A stretch of DNA of 64,000 bases. It comes from an uncultured Pelagibacteraceae bacterium. Its GTDB lineage: Bacteria > Pseudomonadota > Alphaproteobacteria > Pelagibacterales > Pelagibacteraceae. The stretch lies in assembly GCA_902573065.1 (NCBI GenBank), contig CACGHX010000001.1, forward strand, positions 23,564 through 87,563, given 5' to 3'. The notes under the pieces are model-generated. The model was not told where the DNA came from. It saw nothing but the letters and a program-made list of their open reading frames with translations, and did no database searches. Of this stretch, positions 1-9,314 are shown piece by piece (position 1 is the stretch's first letter; every line of letters starts with the position of its first letter). Position numbers and translations under genes: made by a program.

Positions 1-1
1 A

Positions 2-1051
2 TCAAAAGGAAATGTAATTGATCCTTTAGTCCTTATAGATAGTTATAGTGCAGATGCTTTAAGGTTTACTTTATTATCTATGGCATCACCAGGTAGAGAT
101 GTAAAACTTTCAGAACAAAGAGTAAAAGGATATAGAAATTTTTTAACGAAAATATGGAATGTTAATAATTTTCTTAAAGTTAATAAATGTACATTTGATG
201 GAGTGATTAAACCTAAAAACCTCAAACTTAATATTAATAAATGGATTTATAACGAACTTATTGAAACAAAAATTTTAACAGAAAACTTTATTAAAAATTA
301 TCGTTTCGACGAAGCTGCAAAAACAATTTATAAATTTGTTTGGAATACTTATTGCGATTGGTACTTAGAACTCTCCAAAACCATTTTAATTTCTAAAAAC
401 AACTCAGATATTAAAGAGATAAAAAGGACATCTGGTCAAGTTTTTAAGGAAATATTAATATTATTACACCCATTTATACCATTTATAACAGAGGAACTAT
501 GGTTAAGAAATAAATTGAAAACAAAAACTACTAAATATCTAATGTATTCCAATTGGATAAATCTAAAGAAATTAAAAACTGATAAAAGTATTCAAAGTGT
601 TAATGAAATTATAGAATTAATATCAAGTGTAAGATCATTTAAAAATGAACTCAATGTAAGTCCAGGGTCATTTGTAGATATCTCGATAGAGAAATTAGAT
701 AAAAAAAAACAAATGTTATACTTAAAAAATGAAATAGTAATTAAAAAACTAGGGAGAATTAATTCAATCTTCAAAAAAGATATGTCAAAACAATCAGCAA
801 ATTTAGTATTTGGCGGTCAAATACTAAAATTATATTTTGATAAAAGCATCGATCTTGAATTGATTAAACAAAATTTATTAAAAAAACAAAGCAAAATACA
901 ACAAGATTTAGATGTAGTGAATAAAAAATTAAATAATTCTAGCTTTGTGAAACGTGCACCAAAGCATATTGTAGAACAAGAAAAAAATATCTATAATAAT
1001 TTAAAAATTAATATTGAAAAGATTACTTTTACAATAAATAGTTTAAAATGA
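2..1051 (+). CDS. valS: valyl-tRNA synthetase, C-terminal part (5' end outside window)
   Basis: The frame is open from nt 2 with no start in the window. Translation begins [24 protein letters not shown], the segment just after the KMSKS loop of class-I aaRS. It continues through an anticodon-binding helical domain ([14 protein letters not shown]) and ends in a Lys/Leu-rich coiled-coil tail as in ValRS. The stop overlaps the ilvD start (ATGA). Confidence 0.85.
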   Translation, partial: SKGNVIDPLVLIDSYSADALRFTLLSMASPGRDVKLSEQRVKGYRNFLTKIWNVNNFLKVNKCTFDGVIKPKNLKLNINKWIYNELIETKILTENFIKNYRFDEAAKTIYKFVWNTYCDWYLELSKTILISKNNSDIKEIKRTSGQVFKEILILLHPFIPFITEELWLRNKLKTKTTKYLMYSNWINLKKLKTDKSIQSVNEIIELISSVRSFKNELNVSPGSFVDISIEKLDKKKQMLYLKNEIVIKKLGRINSIFKKDMSKQSANLVFGGQILKLYFDKSIDLELIKQNLLKKQSKIQQDLDVVNKKLNNSSFVKRAPKHIVEQEKNIYNNLKINIEKITFTINSLK

Positions 1052-2766
1052 AAAAATTTAATAAGAAAAAATTACCCAGTCGTCACACAACTTTAGGTCC
1101 AGAGAAAGCTTTTCAAAGATCTTTTTATTATGGTATGAATTTGACAGAAAAAGATGTTTCTAAACCCTTTGTTGGTGTTGTATCAACCTGGAATGAGGCT
1201 GCCCCATGTAACATAGCCTTAATGAGACAGGCGCAGTCAGTAAAAAAAGGAGTTAAATTAGCTGGCGGCACCCCAAGAGAATTCTGCACTATTACTGTTA
1301 CTGATGGAATAGCTATGGGTCATGAAGGTATGAAATCATCTTTAGTTTCAAGAGATGTAATTGCAGATTCAACAGAGCTGACAGTTAGGGGACATTGTTA
1401 TGATGCATTAGTAGGGTTGGCAGGTTGCGATAAATCATTACCGGGATTGATGATGGCAATGGTAAGATTAAATGTGCCTAGTGTTTTTATTTATGGAGGA
1501 TCAATTTTACCAGGTAGATTAAATGGAAAAGATATAACCGTTCAAGATGTTATTGAAGGTGTTGGCGAGTATTCATCTGGAAGAATTACTGAACACGCTT
1601 TGAGAAAATTAGAATTAAAAGCCTGTCCTAGTGCAGGTGCTTGTGGTGGACAATTTACAGCAAATACGATGGCGTGCGTCTCAGAAGCAATTGGATTGGC
1701 TCTACCTTATTCTGCTGGAACACCAGCTCCATATCAAAAAAGAGATAAATATGCATTTGATAGCGGGAAGATGGTTATGAATTTGATGAGAAAAAAAATT
1801 AGACCAAGAGATATCGTAACGAAGAAATCACTAGAAAATGCTGCAGCAATTGTTGCAGCAACTGGAGGCTCAACAAATGCAGCACTACATCTTCCTGCTA
1901 TCGCAAATGAAATAGGAATAAAATTTGATCTGATGGATGTTGCAAGAATATTTAGAAAGACACCTTATCTTGCAAACTTAAAACCAGGTGGATTATATGT
2001 AGCAAAAGACATGTGGAAGGCTGGTGGCATACCAATGCTACTTAAAACAATGTTAGACGGAGGATATATTCATGGTGATTGTTTGACTGTAACAGGAAAA
2101 ACCATGAGAGAGAATTTAAAAAACATTAAATTTAATAAAAAACAAAAAGTCATGAGAAGTTATAACAATCCTTTGTCAAAAGATGGTGGTGTTGTAGGAC
2201 TTAAAGGAAACCTTTCACCTGATGGCGCAATAGTAAAAATTGCTGGACTTAAAAATTTAAATTTTACTGGAAGAGCAAGATGTTTTGATACTGAGGAAGC
2301 AGCCTTGAAAGCGGTCTTAAAAAAAAAATATAAAAAAGGTGATGTAATTGTGATTAGATATGAGGGTCCGAAAGGAGGACCAGGCATGAGAGAAATGTTG
2401 CAAACAACTGCTGCAATATATGGACAAGGAATGGGAGAGAAAGTTGCACTCATAACGGACGGAAGATTTTCTGGAGCAACTAGAGGTTTTTGTATTGGAC
2501 ACGTAGGTCCAGAAGCATCTGTTGGTGGTCCTATTGGTTTATTAAAAAATGGAGACATAATTCATATAGATGCGAAAAAAGGAACAATCAATGTTGATCT
2601 TTCAAGAAAAGAACTATCTAAAAGAAAGAAAAAATGGAAACCTAAAAAAATTAATTTTGGAAATGGTACTTTATGGAAGTACGCACAAACAGTTGGACCA
2701 GCCTATCTAGGTGCATCAACACACCCTGGTGGGAAAGAAGAAGTTAAGTGTTACGCAGATATTTAA
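1048..2766 (+). CDS. ilvD: dihydroxy-acid dehydratase
   Basis: 572 aa. IlvD/Edd signatures are present: [49 protein letters not shown]. Confidence 0.95.
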   Translation: MKKFNKKKLPSRHTTLGPEKAFQRSFYYGMNLTEKDVSKPFVGVVSTWNEAAPCNIALMRQAQSVKKGVKLAGGTPREFCTITVTDGIAMGHEGMKSSLVSRDVIADSTELTVRGHCYDALVGLAGCDKSLPGLMMAMVRLNVPSVFIYGGSILPGRLNGKDITVQDVIEGVGEYSSGRITEHALRKLELKACPSAGACGGQFTANTMACVSEAIGLALPYSAGTPAPYQKRDKYAFDSGKMVMNLMRKKIRPRDIVTKKSLENAAAIVAATGGSTNAALHLPAIANEIGIKFDLMDVARIFRKTPYLANLKPGGLYVAKDMWKAGGIPMLLKTMLDGGYIHGDCLTVTGKTMRENLKNIKFNKKQKVMRSYNNPLSKDGGVVGLKGNLSPDGAIVKIAGLKNLNFTGRARCFDTEEAALKAVLKKKYKKGDVIVIRYEGPKGGPGMREMLQTTAAIYGQGMGEKVALITDGRFSGATRGFCIGHVGPEASVGGPIGLLKNGDIIHIDAKKGTINVDLSRKELSKRKKKWKPKKINFGNGTLWKYAQTVGPAYLGASTHPGGKEEVKCYADI

Positions 2767-3972
2767 ATGAGAATTAGACCCATCATTCTTTGCGGAGGAG
2801 AGGGAACTAGACTTTGGCAAAAACCATCAAGAAATGAACCAAAACAATTTATAAATTTTGGAGGATGGACTCTAATAGAAAAAACTTTAAATAGAATAAA
2901 AGGACCAATTTTTGATTACCCAATTATTAGCACGAATGCAAAATATTTAGATAAAATCAAATATTTTTTAAAAAAAAATAAATTTAATAAATATAAAATT
3001 ATTTTAGAACCTGCAAAGAGAAATACAGCCCCAGCTGTACTGTCAGCTGCTTTAATACACTCAATTCCAAGTAAGCAACCTTTGCTTTTTTTACCAGCAG
3101 ATCATCTTTTAGAAAAGATCAATGTTTTTAACAAAAACTTACTCAAACACTCTAAATATTTAAATAAAAATAATATTTTTTTATTTGGAATTAAACCCAC
3201 TAACCCCTCGAACCAGTATGGCTACCTGAATGTAAAAAAAGTTGGAAAAAATTTAAAAAAAGTAGTTAAGTTTGTCGAAAAACCTTCCGTTAAAAAGGCA
3301 AAGCTATTAATCAAAAAAAACTGTTTATGGAATTCAGGAATGTTTTTTGCAAGAAAAGATTCTATTATTAATAATTTTAGAAAATTCGACAACAAGACTT
3401 TAAAATGCTGTTATCAATCAATCATCAAAGGTAAAATTAAAGAAAAGATAATATTGCTAAACAAAAAAAAGTTTTTAACTTCTCCCGCAAATTCTTTTGA
3501 TTACGCCATTTTAGAAAAATCTAATTATATTAATTGTATATCACTAAATATACCTTGGACAGATCTTGGAAATTGGATAGAAATTTTGAGAGTATTTAAC
3601 ATAAATAAATTTAAATATTTTAAAAAGAATAATGTATTTATAAGACCATGGGGGAAGTATGTTAATCTATTCCGTGGTAATAATTTTTTAATCAAAGAAT
3701 TAATTGTAAATTCAAAATCATCAATTAGTTTACAGAAACATAACCATAGATCAGAACATTGGACAGTAATTCAAGGAAAACCTAGAATAACAATAAATAA
3801 AAGAAAATTTTTTATTTACGAAAAGGATTCGGTTTACATACCTATAAAAGCTATTCATAGAATAGAAAATTTATATAAAAAACCTGTAAGAATTATGGAG
3901 GCTCAAATTGGTTCCATTTTAAAAGAAAGTGATATTGTTAGGTATAAAGATGTTTATGGAAGGACTAATTAA
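2767..3972 (+). CDS. manC: mannose-1-phosphate guanylyltransferase / type II PMI-like cupin protein
   Basis: 401 aa. It has an N-terminal nucleotidyltransferase loop (ILCGGEGTRLW), an EKP motif (KFVEKP) and a C-terminal cupin block (RPWGKY...SLQKHNHRSEHWTVIQG). It is shorter than the roughly 470 aa I recall for ManC/XanB. Confidence 0.75.
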   Translation: MRIRPIILCGGEGTRLWQKPSRNEPKQFINFGGWTLIEKTLNRIKGPIFDYPIISTNAKYLDKIKYFLKKNKFNKYKIILEPAKRNTAPAVLSAALIHSIPSKQPLLFLPADHLLEKINVFNKNLLKHSKYLNKNNIFLFGIKPTNPSNQYGYLNVKKVGKNLKKVVKFVEKPSVKKAKLLIKKNCLWNSGMFFARKDSIINNFRKFDNKTLKCCYQSIIKGKIKEKIILLNKKKFLTSPANSFDYAILEKSNYINCISLNIPWTDLGNWIEILRVFNINKFKYFKKNNVFIRPWGKYVNLFRGNNFLIKELIVNSKSSISLQKHNHRSEHWTVIQGKPRITINKRKFFIYEKDSVYIPIKAIHRIENLYKKPVRIMEAQIGSILKESDIVRYKDVYGRTN

Positions 3973-4741
3973 TATCTAACTCTATAGGTGTATGATCAGA
4001 AGGTTTAATTTTTGATCTAGGTTTTTTATTTATAAAAATATTTTTCACGTTATCTAATATATTATTTGAAACTAAAAAATGATCAATTCTCAAACCATTA
4101 TTTTTTTGCCACGAACCCGAAGTGTAATCCCAGAAAGTGTATTCCTGTTTATGTTTGTTTATATGCCTATAGGTATCTACGAAACCTAAATTTAAAAGTT
4201 CTCTAAATTTTTTCCTTATCTCTACCTTGAATAAAGCATCATTTTGATATTTTAAGTGATCATGACAATCTATTTCCTCTGGTATAACATTAAAATCTCC
4301 AGCTATAATTATATTTTTATTTTTCTTTAAAATTTTATTTATTTCTTTAATAAAAGTATCTAGCCACTTTTTTTTATAATCATACTTTTCAGTATCAATT
4401 GGGTTTCCATTTGGTACATAAATATTAATTAATTTAATTAATTTATTTTTAATTTTTATATCGCCTTCTATTATTCTAGATTGTTTTAATTTATCTTTAA
4501 TAAAATTAGTGTTTATATTTTTCAACTTTACTTTAGATAAAAAAGCGACACCATTATAACTTTTTTGCCCAAAAATATATGAATCATAACCCTGTTTTTT
4601 AAAGTCGTCTAAGGGAAAATTTTTATTTTCAGTTTTTATTTCTTGGAGCATTAGTACATCTGGTTTTGATAGTTTAATATAATCAATAATATTTACTATC
4701 CTTGCACGGACAGAATTTACATTCCATGATATGATTTTCAT
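3965..4741 (-). CDS. xthA: exodeoxyribonuclease III (AP endonuclease)
   Basis: 258 aa. ExoIII fold motifs are present: MKIISWNVNSVRAR, LMLQEIK, AGDFNV, RIDHFLVS, PSDHTPIELD. Its 3' end overlaps the manC 3' end by 8 nt (convergent). Confidence 0.9.
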   Translation of the reverse strand: MKIISWNVNSVRARIVNIIDYIKLSKPDVLMLQEIKTENKNFPLDDFKKQGYDSYIFGQKSYNGVAFLSKVKLKNINTNFIKDKLKQSRIIEGDIKIKNKLIKLINIYVPNGNPIDTEKYDYKKKWLDTFIKEINKILKKNKNIIIAGDFNVIPEEIDCHDHLKYQNDALFKVEIRKKFRELLNLGFVDTYRHINKHKQEYTFWDYTSGSWQKNNGLRIDHFLVSNNILDNVKNIFINKKPRSKIKPSDHTPIELDIN

Positions 4742-5059
4742 TTATACTGAGAATGAAAGACCGCAGCCACATGATGAGCTGGCTTGTGGGTTATTGATCA
4801 CAAAAGAATTTCCAATAAGCTCTTTTTTAAAATCAACAACTGAACCACTAATTATTTTTAACGAATTAATATCGATAATTGCTTTGTTGAAAATATTATC
4901 ATTTTTATTAACTTTATCGTCAAATGAAAAGTTATACTTAAAACCTGAACAACCACCACCTTGTACTGAAATTCTGAAATATGTTTTAGGACTTTTTTCT
5001 TCAAGAATCCTGTCAATTTCATTTTTTGCTGTTTCTGTAAATTCAATTTTGTTATTCAT
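4742..5059 (-). CDS. erpA: iron-sulfur cluster insertion protein (HesB/IscA/ErpA family)
   Basis: 105 aa. It has GGGCSGFKY and a C-terminal CGCGLSF, the three-Cys signature of A-type carriers. Confidence 0.85.
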   Translation of the reverse strand: MNNKIEFTETAKNEIDRILEEKSPKTYFRISVQGGGCSGFKYNFSFDDKVNKNDNIFNKAIIDINSLKIISGSVVDFKKELIGNSFVINNPQASSSCGCGLSFSV

Positions 5060-5098
5060 ATTTTGTAAATACTGTATTATACATTTTTATCATATCTT

Positions 5099-6232
5099 AT
5101 GCAAAACAGTGAATATTCTAAATTTGCCACACCAATTCTTTCAAAAGGTAGAATTTTTAAAGAAAAATCAAGTTTATTAAGATCTCCTTATCAAAGAGAT
5201 AGAGACCGCATAATACATTCTACGGCTTTTAGGAGGCTAAAGCACAAGACACAAGTTTTTGTAAATACTACTGATGATCACTATAGAACAAGAATAACTC
5301 ATTCTTTAGAAGTTTCTCAAATAGCACGAACCTTAGGAAAAATATTTAATTTAAATGAGGATCTTTGTGAAACATTAAGCCTTGCACACGATATTGGTCA
5401 CCCACCATTTGGACATGCTGGAGAAGAGGCATTAAATGAATGTATGATAAATTTTGGTGGCTTCGATCATAATGTTCAAACAATAAGAATTTTAACTTTA
5501 TTAGAAAATAAATATTACAATTTTCCAGGATTAAATCTTACAATTGAAACTTTAGATGGTTTAATAAAACACAATGGACCTGTTTATGATGAAACAAAAT
5601 TTAAAAATATATTAGGAAGTAATATTTTTAAAAATAAAATAAATTATAAACTTAACCCCTCATTGGAGTCACAAATTTCAACAATCTCTGACGATATTGC
5701 ATATAATAGTCATGATTTAGAAGATGGTTTAAAAGCAAAATTATTTAATATTAATGACCTTCAAAACATACCTGTAATTTCTGAAATTATTCGTAAACAT
5801 AGAAAAAAATTAAAAACAAAAGATATTGAGCTTGTTTTAAGGCAAATTATTAGGGAAATAATAAATGTTATGGTGAGTGATTTAGTTAAAAATATTAAAA
5901 GAAATATTAAAATATTTAAACCTAAAAATATCAATGATATTTATAAATCAAATAATAGATATGTAAATTTTTCAGATGATTTGATGAATTTTGATTATGA
6001 TATAAGAGAATTTTTAAAAGACAAAATGTATAATAATAAAGACGTTTTAAAAAAAACATTAAAAGGAAAAAAAATTATAACCTTTTTATTTTCTAAAATA
6101 AGAAAAAATCCAAATAAATTTATAAAAAAGAAAGTTTTGAAAACCTCGATAAACAAGGAAAGATCCGTGTGTGATTTTATTGCAGGAATGACAGATAGAT
6201 ACGCTATAAATCTTTTTAATTTAATAAAATGA
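5099..6232 (+). CDS. dgt: dGTP triphosphohydrolase-like HD-domain protein
   Basis: 377 aa. Motifs: YQRDRDRIIHSTAFRRLKHKTQV, HSLEVSQIAR, AHDIGHPPFGH, and C-terminal DFIAGMTDRYA. Confidence 0.85.
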   Translation: MQNSEYSKFATPILSKGRIFKEKSSLLRSPYQRDRDRIIHSTAFRRLKHKTQVFVNTTDDHYRTRITHSLEVSQIARTLGKIFNLNEDLCETLSLAHDIGHPPFGHAGEEALNECMINFGGFDHNVQTIRILTLLENKYYNFPGLNLTIETLDGLIKHNGPVYDETKFKNILGSNIFKNKINYKLNPSLESQISTISDDIAYNSHDLEDGLKAKLFNINDLQNIPVISEIIRKHRKKLKTKDIELVLRQIIREIINVMVSDLVKNIKRNIKIFKPKNINDIYKSNNRYVNFSDDLMNFDYDIREFLKDKMYNNKDVLKKTLKGKKIITFLFSKIRKNPNKFIKKKVLKTSINKERSVCDFIAGMTDRYAINLFNLIK

Positions 6233-6885
6233 TTAAAAGTCTCAAAATTAACAAAAGTTTAGAACAATATATTTCAAAAAATAGTTATGATCTTCATCCT
6301 GTTCAAAAAGAAATTATAAAACATAATGAAAAATTAGGTAGAATAAAAAAAATGCAAATTTCAGTAACTCAAGGATATTTTTTCCAATTCTTTATTAAAA
6401 CAACCAATATAAAAAAAATATTAGAAATTGGTACCTTCACAGGATACAGCTCAATAACAATGGGTTTAGCATTACCCAATACTGGTAGCGTGACTTGTTT
6501 AGATAAAAATAAGGTAACTACAAAAACTGCTTTGAAGTTTATTAAAATGGCTAATTTACAAAAGAAAATAAATTTAATACTTGCTCCTGCTTTAAATACT
6601 TTAAGAAAATTTATTAAGTTTAATAAAAAATATGATTTAATCTTTATAGATGCTGACAAAGAAAATTATAAAAATTATTTTGATTTATCTATAAAACTGT
6701 TAAATAAAAATGGTTATATTATTATAGATAATGTTTTATGGCACGGTGATGTTGCTAAAAGAAATAAAAACGATAAATTTACCAATATAATTAGAGAGTT
6801 TAATTCTTTTGTTAAAGATGATATTAGAGTAGAAAAAATTATTTTGCCAATTGGTGATGGGATTACCATATGCAAGAAAGTATAA
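6229..6885 (+). CDS. class I SAM-dependent O-methyltransferase, family 3 (caffeoyl-CoA OMT / YrrM-TrmR-like)
   Basis: 218 aa. It has the SAM-binding block ILEIGTFTGYSS and the DLIFIDADKENY metal/acidic motif typical of family-3 OMTs. It overlaps dgt by 4 nt and abuts the next gene (TAAATG). Confidence 0.7.
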   Translation: MIKSLKINKSLEQYISKNSYDLHPVQKEIIKHNEKLGRIKKMQISVTQGYFFQFFIKTTNIKKILEIGTFTGYSSITMGLALPNTGSVTCLDKNKVTTKTALKFIKMANLQKKINLILAPALNTLRKFIKFNKKYDLIFIDADKENYKNYFDLSIKLLNKNGYIIIDNVLWHGDVAKRNKNDKFTNIIREFNSFVKDDIRVEKIILPIGDGITICKKV

Positions 6886-7791
6886 ATGTTTCATATTTTT
6901 AGTTTCTATAAATTTAAAAAATTAAAAAACCTTAAGTCTTTTAAGAAAAAGTTTATTAATATTTTAAAGTTTAATTCTATAAGAGGTACAATTATCATAT
7001 CGCACGAAGGTCTGAATGGCACTATTTCGGGCAAATCTTTAAATATTCAAAAAATTATAAAAAATATTAAATCATTTTATAACTTCAAAAACTTTGACTC
7101 AGAAAACCATTCCGATTGTGAATTTCAACCTTTTAAAAAGGGTAAAATAAAAATTAAAAATGAGGTGGTTCCAATTGGTAAACAATTTTACGCAAATAAT
7201 AGTAAAAATTGCTACATCGAACCAAGTAAATGGAATAATCTTTTGAAACAAAAGGATGTTCATATTCTAGACGTAAGAAAATCTTTTGAGTACCATGTAG
7301 GAACTTTTAAGGGAGCTAAAAATCCTAATCTTGATAATTTTAGAGATTTTCCAAAATATTTTAAGAAATTTAATAAAAATAGTAAAATAGCTATGTTTTG
7401 CACAGGTGGTGTTAGATGCGAAAAAGCATCTAATTATCTTAAAAGAAAAGGTTTTAATAATGTTTTTCAATTAAAAGGGGGAATACTTAATTACCTTAAA
7501 AATATAAACCAAAATTCTAGCATGTGGAAAGGTGAGTGTTACGTTTTTGACAATAGAGTTTCAGTAAAACATAAACTAAAGATTGGAACTTATTCAATTT
7601 GTAGCGGATGCAGAAAACCAATATCTTTAAATGAAAAAAAATCTGAAAAATATTTTGAAGGTATCTCGTGCCCCAAATGTCATGATAAATTATCTGTCTC
7701 TCAAAAAGAAAGATTTACGATGAGACAAAAACAAATTATTGATGCAAAGAAGCTGGGTAGAAATTATTTTTTTAAAAAAGAATATCAGTGA
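6886..7791 (+). CDS. trhO: rhodanese-domain protein of the UPF0176/YceA family (tRNA U34 hydroxylase TrhO-like)
   Basis: 301 aa. It has an N-terminal ACP-like domain (FYKF...GTIIISHEGLNGTISG), a rhodanese active-site loop (FCTGGVRCEKAS) and a C-terminal Cys cluster (CSGC...CPKC). Confidence 0.8.
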   Translation: MFHIFSFYKFKKLKNLKSFKKKFINILKFNSIRGTIIISHEGLNGTISGKSLNIQKIIKNIKSFYNFKNFDSENHSDCEFQPFKKGKIKIKNEVVPIGKQFYANNSKNCYIEPSKWNNLLKQKDVHILDVRKSFEYHVGTFKGAKNPNLDNFRDFPKYFKKFNKNSKIAMFCTGGVRCEKASNYLKRKGFNNVFQLKGGILNYLKNINQNSSMWKGECYVFDNRVSVKHKLKIGTYSICSGCRKPISLNEKKSEKYFEGISCPKCHDKLSVSQKERFTMRQKQIIDAKKLGRNYFFKKEYQ

Positions 7792-7798
7792 GTTTTAA

Positions 7799-9172
7799 TT
7801 GGAAAATAGTTCAACCATAACCTCGAAACCAATAATTCAGTTATTAAAAAAAATAGCAATACCAGCTAGTACAGGCAGTATATTTCAAACACTATTTAAT
7901 ATTGTAGATACGTTTTTTGCAGGAAAAATATCTTCAGATGCCTTAGCAGCTTTGGCAAAATCATTTCCATTATATTTTATAATCATCTCTGCTGGGATAG
8001 GTATTGTGGCTGGCTGTAATTCATTAATTTCTAATTCATTAGGTCAAAGAAATAGATTTGCTGCATTAATATATTCGCATCACACTTTTATATATTCAAT
8101 ATTATTATCAATTATTATTACAACTCTAGGCATCTTATTTTCTTATGACATATTAAAATTAATGGGAAGTTCCTCAGAAAGTATAATTTTAGCAAAAAAA
8201 TATACTGATATTATTTTTTATGGAACAGTTTTCTTTCTATTACTTACTTCCCTAAATGCAATTCTTTATTCTCAAGGCGACACCAAAACCTATAGAAATG
8301 TACTTATAGTTGGTCTTTTTGCTAATATTTTATTAAATCCAATATTCATTTTTGGATTTTTGTTTATACCAGCTTTTGGCATAGCTGGACTTGCAATCTC
8401 GACAATTTTAATTCAATTTTTTGCGTGTGTATATCTATATTACAAAGTAAATCAAACTATTCTGAAAATTAATTTTAAATCTGAAAGTTTCCTTATAAGA
8501 AAAAATTTCTTTTTAAATATTTTTAACCAATGCATGCCGATAACATTTGCATTATTTCTTGTTGCATTGGGAAGCTATTTAATTTTGTCTTTTATAAGTG
8601 TTTTTGGTGATGAAGCAGTAGCAGGATATGGAGCAGCAATTAGATTTGAACATATTTTTACTCTTCCAGTTATTGGTCTAAATACTGCGGTTATTACGAT
8701 AGCTGGTCAAAATTTTGGTGCAAGGAGATATGATCGAGTTCGAGAGACCTATAAAAAAGCTACATTTATTGGTTTCATAATAATGTGCCTTTCTGGCATA
8801 GTTATCTTTTTGCTCTCAGAATTCATCATTAGTTTATTTACAAATGACCTTGAGGTAATTAAGTTTGGATCAAATTATTTGAGAATTGCAGCATTTATTG
8901 GTCCAATTTATCCAGTATTTTTTATTTCACACGCCTTGTTTACATCACTTAAAAAAACTCACTATATATTTTATTCAAATCTTTTTAGAATGGTAATACT
9001 CCCATTCATAATTATTTGGTTAATTCTTAATGTATACGAAGGTTATTTTCAGGATATATTTTATGGATTACTTTTTATGAATTGGTTGTTTGGAGCAGTT
9101 GTTCTATTCGTTTCTAGAGCGTTAATGATTAAAACTTTTAAAGAACAAAAAAAAGTCTTTTTTGTTTTCTAA
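7799..9172 (+). CDS. MATE family efflux transporter
   Basis: 457 aa and polytopic, about 12 TM. The N-terminal IPASTGSIFQTLFNIVDTFFAGK pattern is typical of MATE/NorM. The start is TTG at 7799. Confidence 0.85.
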   Translation: MENSSTITSKPIIQLLKKIAIPASTGSIFQTLFNIVDTFFAGKISSDALAALAKSFPLYFIIISAGIGIVAGCNSLISNSLGQRNRFAALIYSHHTFIYSILLSIIITTLGILFSYDILKLMGSSSESIILAKKYTDIIFYGTVFFLLLTSLNAILYSQGDTKTYRNVLIVGLFANILLNPIFIFGFLFIPAFGIAGLAISTILIQFFACVYLYYKVNQTILKINFKSESFLIRKNFFLNIFNQCMPITFALFLVALGSYLILSFISVFGDEAVAGYGAAIRFEHIFTLPVIGLNTAVITIAGQNFGARRYDRVRETYKKATFIGFIIMCLSGIVIFLLSEFIISLFTNDLEVIKFGSNYLRIAAFIGPIYPVFFISHALFTSLKKTHYIFYSNLFRMVILPFIIIWLILNVYEGYFQDIFYGLLFMNWLFGAVVLFVSRALMIKTFKEQKKVFFVF

Positions 9173-9220
9173 ATTTAATAGTTTTGTTTAACTAAATAAT
9201 AATATATAAAACCTATGTTT

Positions 9221-9313
9221 GGTGAGGTGGGTGAGCTGGTTTAAACCAGGAGTTTGCTAAACTTCCGTAGGTGTAACAATCTACCGCGAGTTCGAATCTC
9301 GCCCTCACCGCCA
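9221..9313 (+). tRNA. tRNA-Ser (anticodon GCU), with encoded CCA
   Basis: The acceptor stem is GGTGAGG/CCTCACC with discriminator G and CCA. The anticodon stem GGAGT/ACTTC carries the loop TTGCTAA. A long variable arm (CGTAGGTGTAACAATCTACCG) and the T-arm GCGAGTTCGAATCTCGC are present. Confidence 0.9.
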
Positions 9314-9314
9314 T

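Noticed and set aside
2160-2558. 132-aa and 61-aa antisense ORFs inside ilvD. Similar antisense ORFs occur in uvrA, gyrA, spoT, secD/F, iolD-ALDH, dmdB and FadN.
   Set aside because: All lie opposite strongly supported conserved genes and have no recognisable motifs. They are the expected shadow ORFs in long genes.
4731-5180. A 149-aa + strand ORF spanning the erpA locus and the dgt start.
   Set aside because: It is antisense to a well-supported HesB/IscA gene and its sequence is low-complexity and hydrophobic. It also overlaps the dgt start in another frame. It is treated as a shadow ORF.
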